25,129 nt of DNA from Gemmatimonadota bacterium (lineage in GTDB: Bacteria > Gemmatimonadota > Gemmatimonadetes > Longimicrobiales > RSA9): assembly GCA_040905425.1 (NCBI GenBank), contig JBBDRO010000074.1, positions 1 through 25,129 of the forward strand, read 5' to 3'. This document shows positions 24,532 to 25,129 of the stretch, one piece after another. Under the pieces are notes generated by a model. The model was not told the DNA's origin. It worked only from the letters and a program-made list of their open reading frames with translations, and did not search any database. The translations under genes were made by a program, and so were the position numbers. The stretch's first letter is position 1. Every line of letters begins with the position of its first letter.

Positions 24532-25129
24532 GTGAGTGAAGAAGATCAGGTGATACGCATAGCCTCCGGGCAGGGCTTCTGGGGGGACCGGCTGAGCGCG
24601 CCTGTGGAGCAGGTGCGGCGCGGGCGGATCGACTACCTCATGCTGGACTATCTGGCGGAGGTGACCATGTCCATCATGCAGAAGCAGCGGGGGCGCGATC
24701 CGTCCCAGGGGTACGCGCGCGACTTCGTGCCGCTCATGGGGGAGATCCTGCCGGACTGCGTGAGCAAGGGGATCCGCGTGGTGGCCAACGCGGGCGGGGT
24801 GAACCCCGAGGGGTGCGGCGCGGCGGTGCTGGAGGAGGCCCGACGGGTGGGGCTCAAGGGCCGCGCGCGCGTGGGCGTCATCACCGGGGATGACATCCTG
24901 GACCGCCTGGAGGAGCTGAGCGAGCGGGGGCACGCGCTCCGCAACATGGACACGGGGCGGCCGCTCACCGACGTGCTGGACCGGGTGGTGAGCGCCAACG
25001 CGTACATCGGGGCCGCGCCCATCGTGCAGGCGCTGCGCAGGGACGCCACGGTGGTGGTGGCGGGGCGCACTACCGACACGGCGCTCACCTACGCGCCCAT
25101 GATGCACGCCTTCGGCTGGTCGGAGGAGG
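24532..25129 (+). CDS. Acyclic terpene utilization AtuA (DUF1446) family protein; 3' end outside the window
   Basis: GTG 24532. [27 protein letters not shown], then SANAYIGA.PI..AL...A.VVV.GR.TD. The frame is open to the window end. Confidence 0.88.
   Translation, partial: MSEEDQVIRIASGQGFWGDRLSAPVEQVRRGRIDYLMLDYLAEVTMSIMQKQRGRDPSQGYARDFVPLMGEILPDCVSKGIRVVANAGGVNPEGCGAAVLEEARRVGLKGRARVGVITGDDILDRLEELSERGHALRNMDTGRPLTDVLDRVVSANAYIGAAPIVQALRRDATVVVAGRTTDTALTYAPMMHAFGWSEE

Larger units (their letters stand above)
23567..24962. repeat. Direct repeat copy 2 (~1.4 kb)
   Basis: Colinear with 19043-20438. Similarity ends at GGGCGGCC (24962), after which atuA continues. Confidence 0.95.

Noticed and set aside
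1..25129. Integron cassette array, CRISPR array, tRNA/rRNA, intact IS or integrase
   Set aside because: I found no convincing recurrent attC-like sites, no regularly spaced short repeats, no cloverleaf and no recombinase ORF by eye. IntegronFinder and tRNAscan would confirm this.

Overview
GC-rich bacterial DNA; the gene content (many GxGPGE beta-propellers, a Vps10/BNR protein, an AtuA family gene) suggests Gemmatimonadota, which is inference only. The ordinary genes are a cyclophilin PPIase (partial, left edge), a Tat-exported class V aminotransferase with a Vps10/BNR-repeat protein (3531-8119), and an AtuA/DUF1446 gene (partial, right edge). Between them lies a mosaic accessory region with seven divergent exported six-bladed beta-propeller-like genes. 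Three times the same layout recurs: regulator, small secreted acidic Cys-containing protein, optional DsbA, then one or two propellers. The three small proteins are not alignable by eye. Two modules follow paralogous ECF sigma genes inside a ~1.4 kb direct repeat (19043-20438 and 23567-24962, offset 4524) that also duplicates the atuA 5' end. The third has a candidate sigma-54 promoter, twin upstream palindromes and a convergent NtrC-type activator, and lies between partial copies of a triplicated plug-like/pilin-like gene. A shared ~85 bp upstream element and a GTCG-N3-CGAC-like motif link several promoter regions. HigBA, AbrB with a truncated Doc, and a Uma2 gene are interspersed. No integrase, intact transposase, RNA gene or CRISPR array was seen. 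All family calls come from reading motifs by eye, not from database searches.
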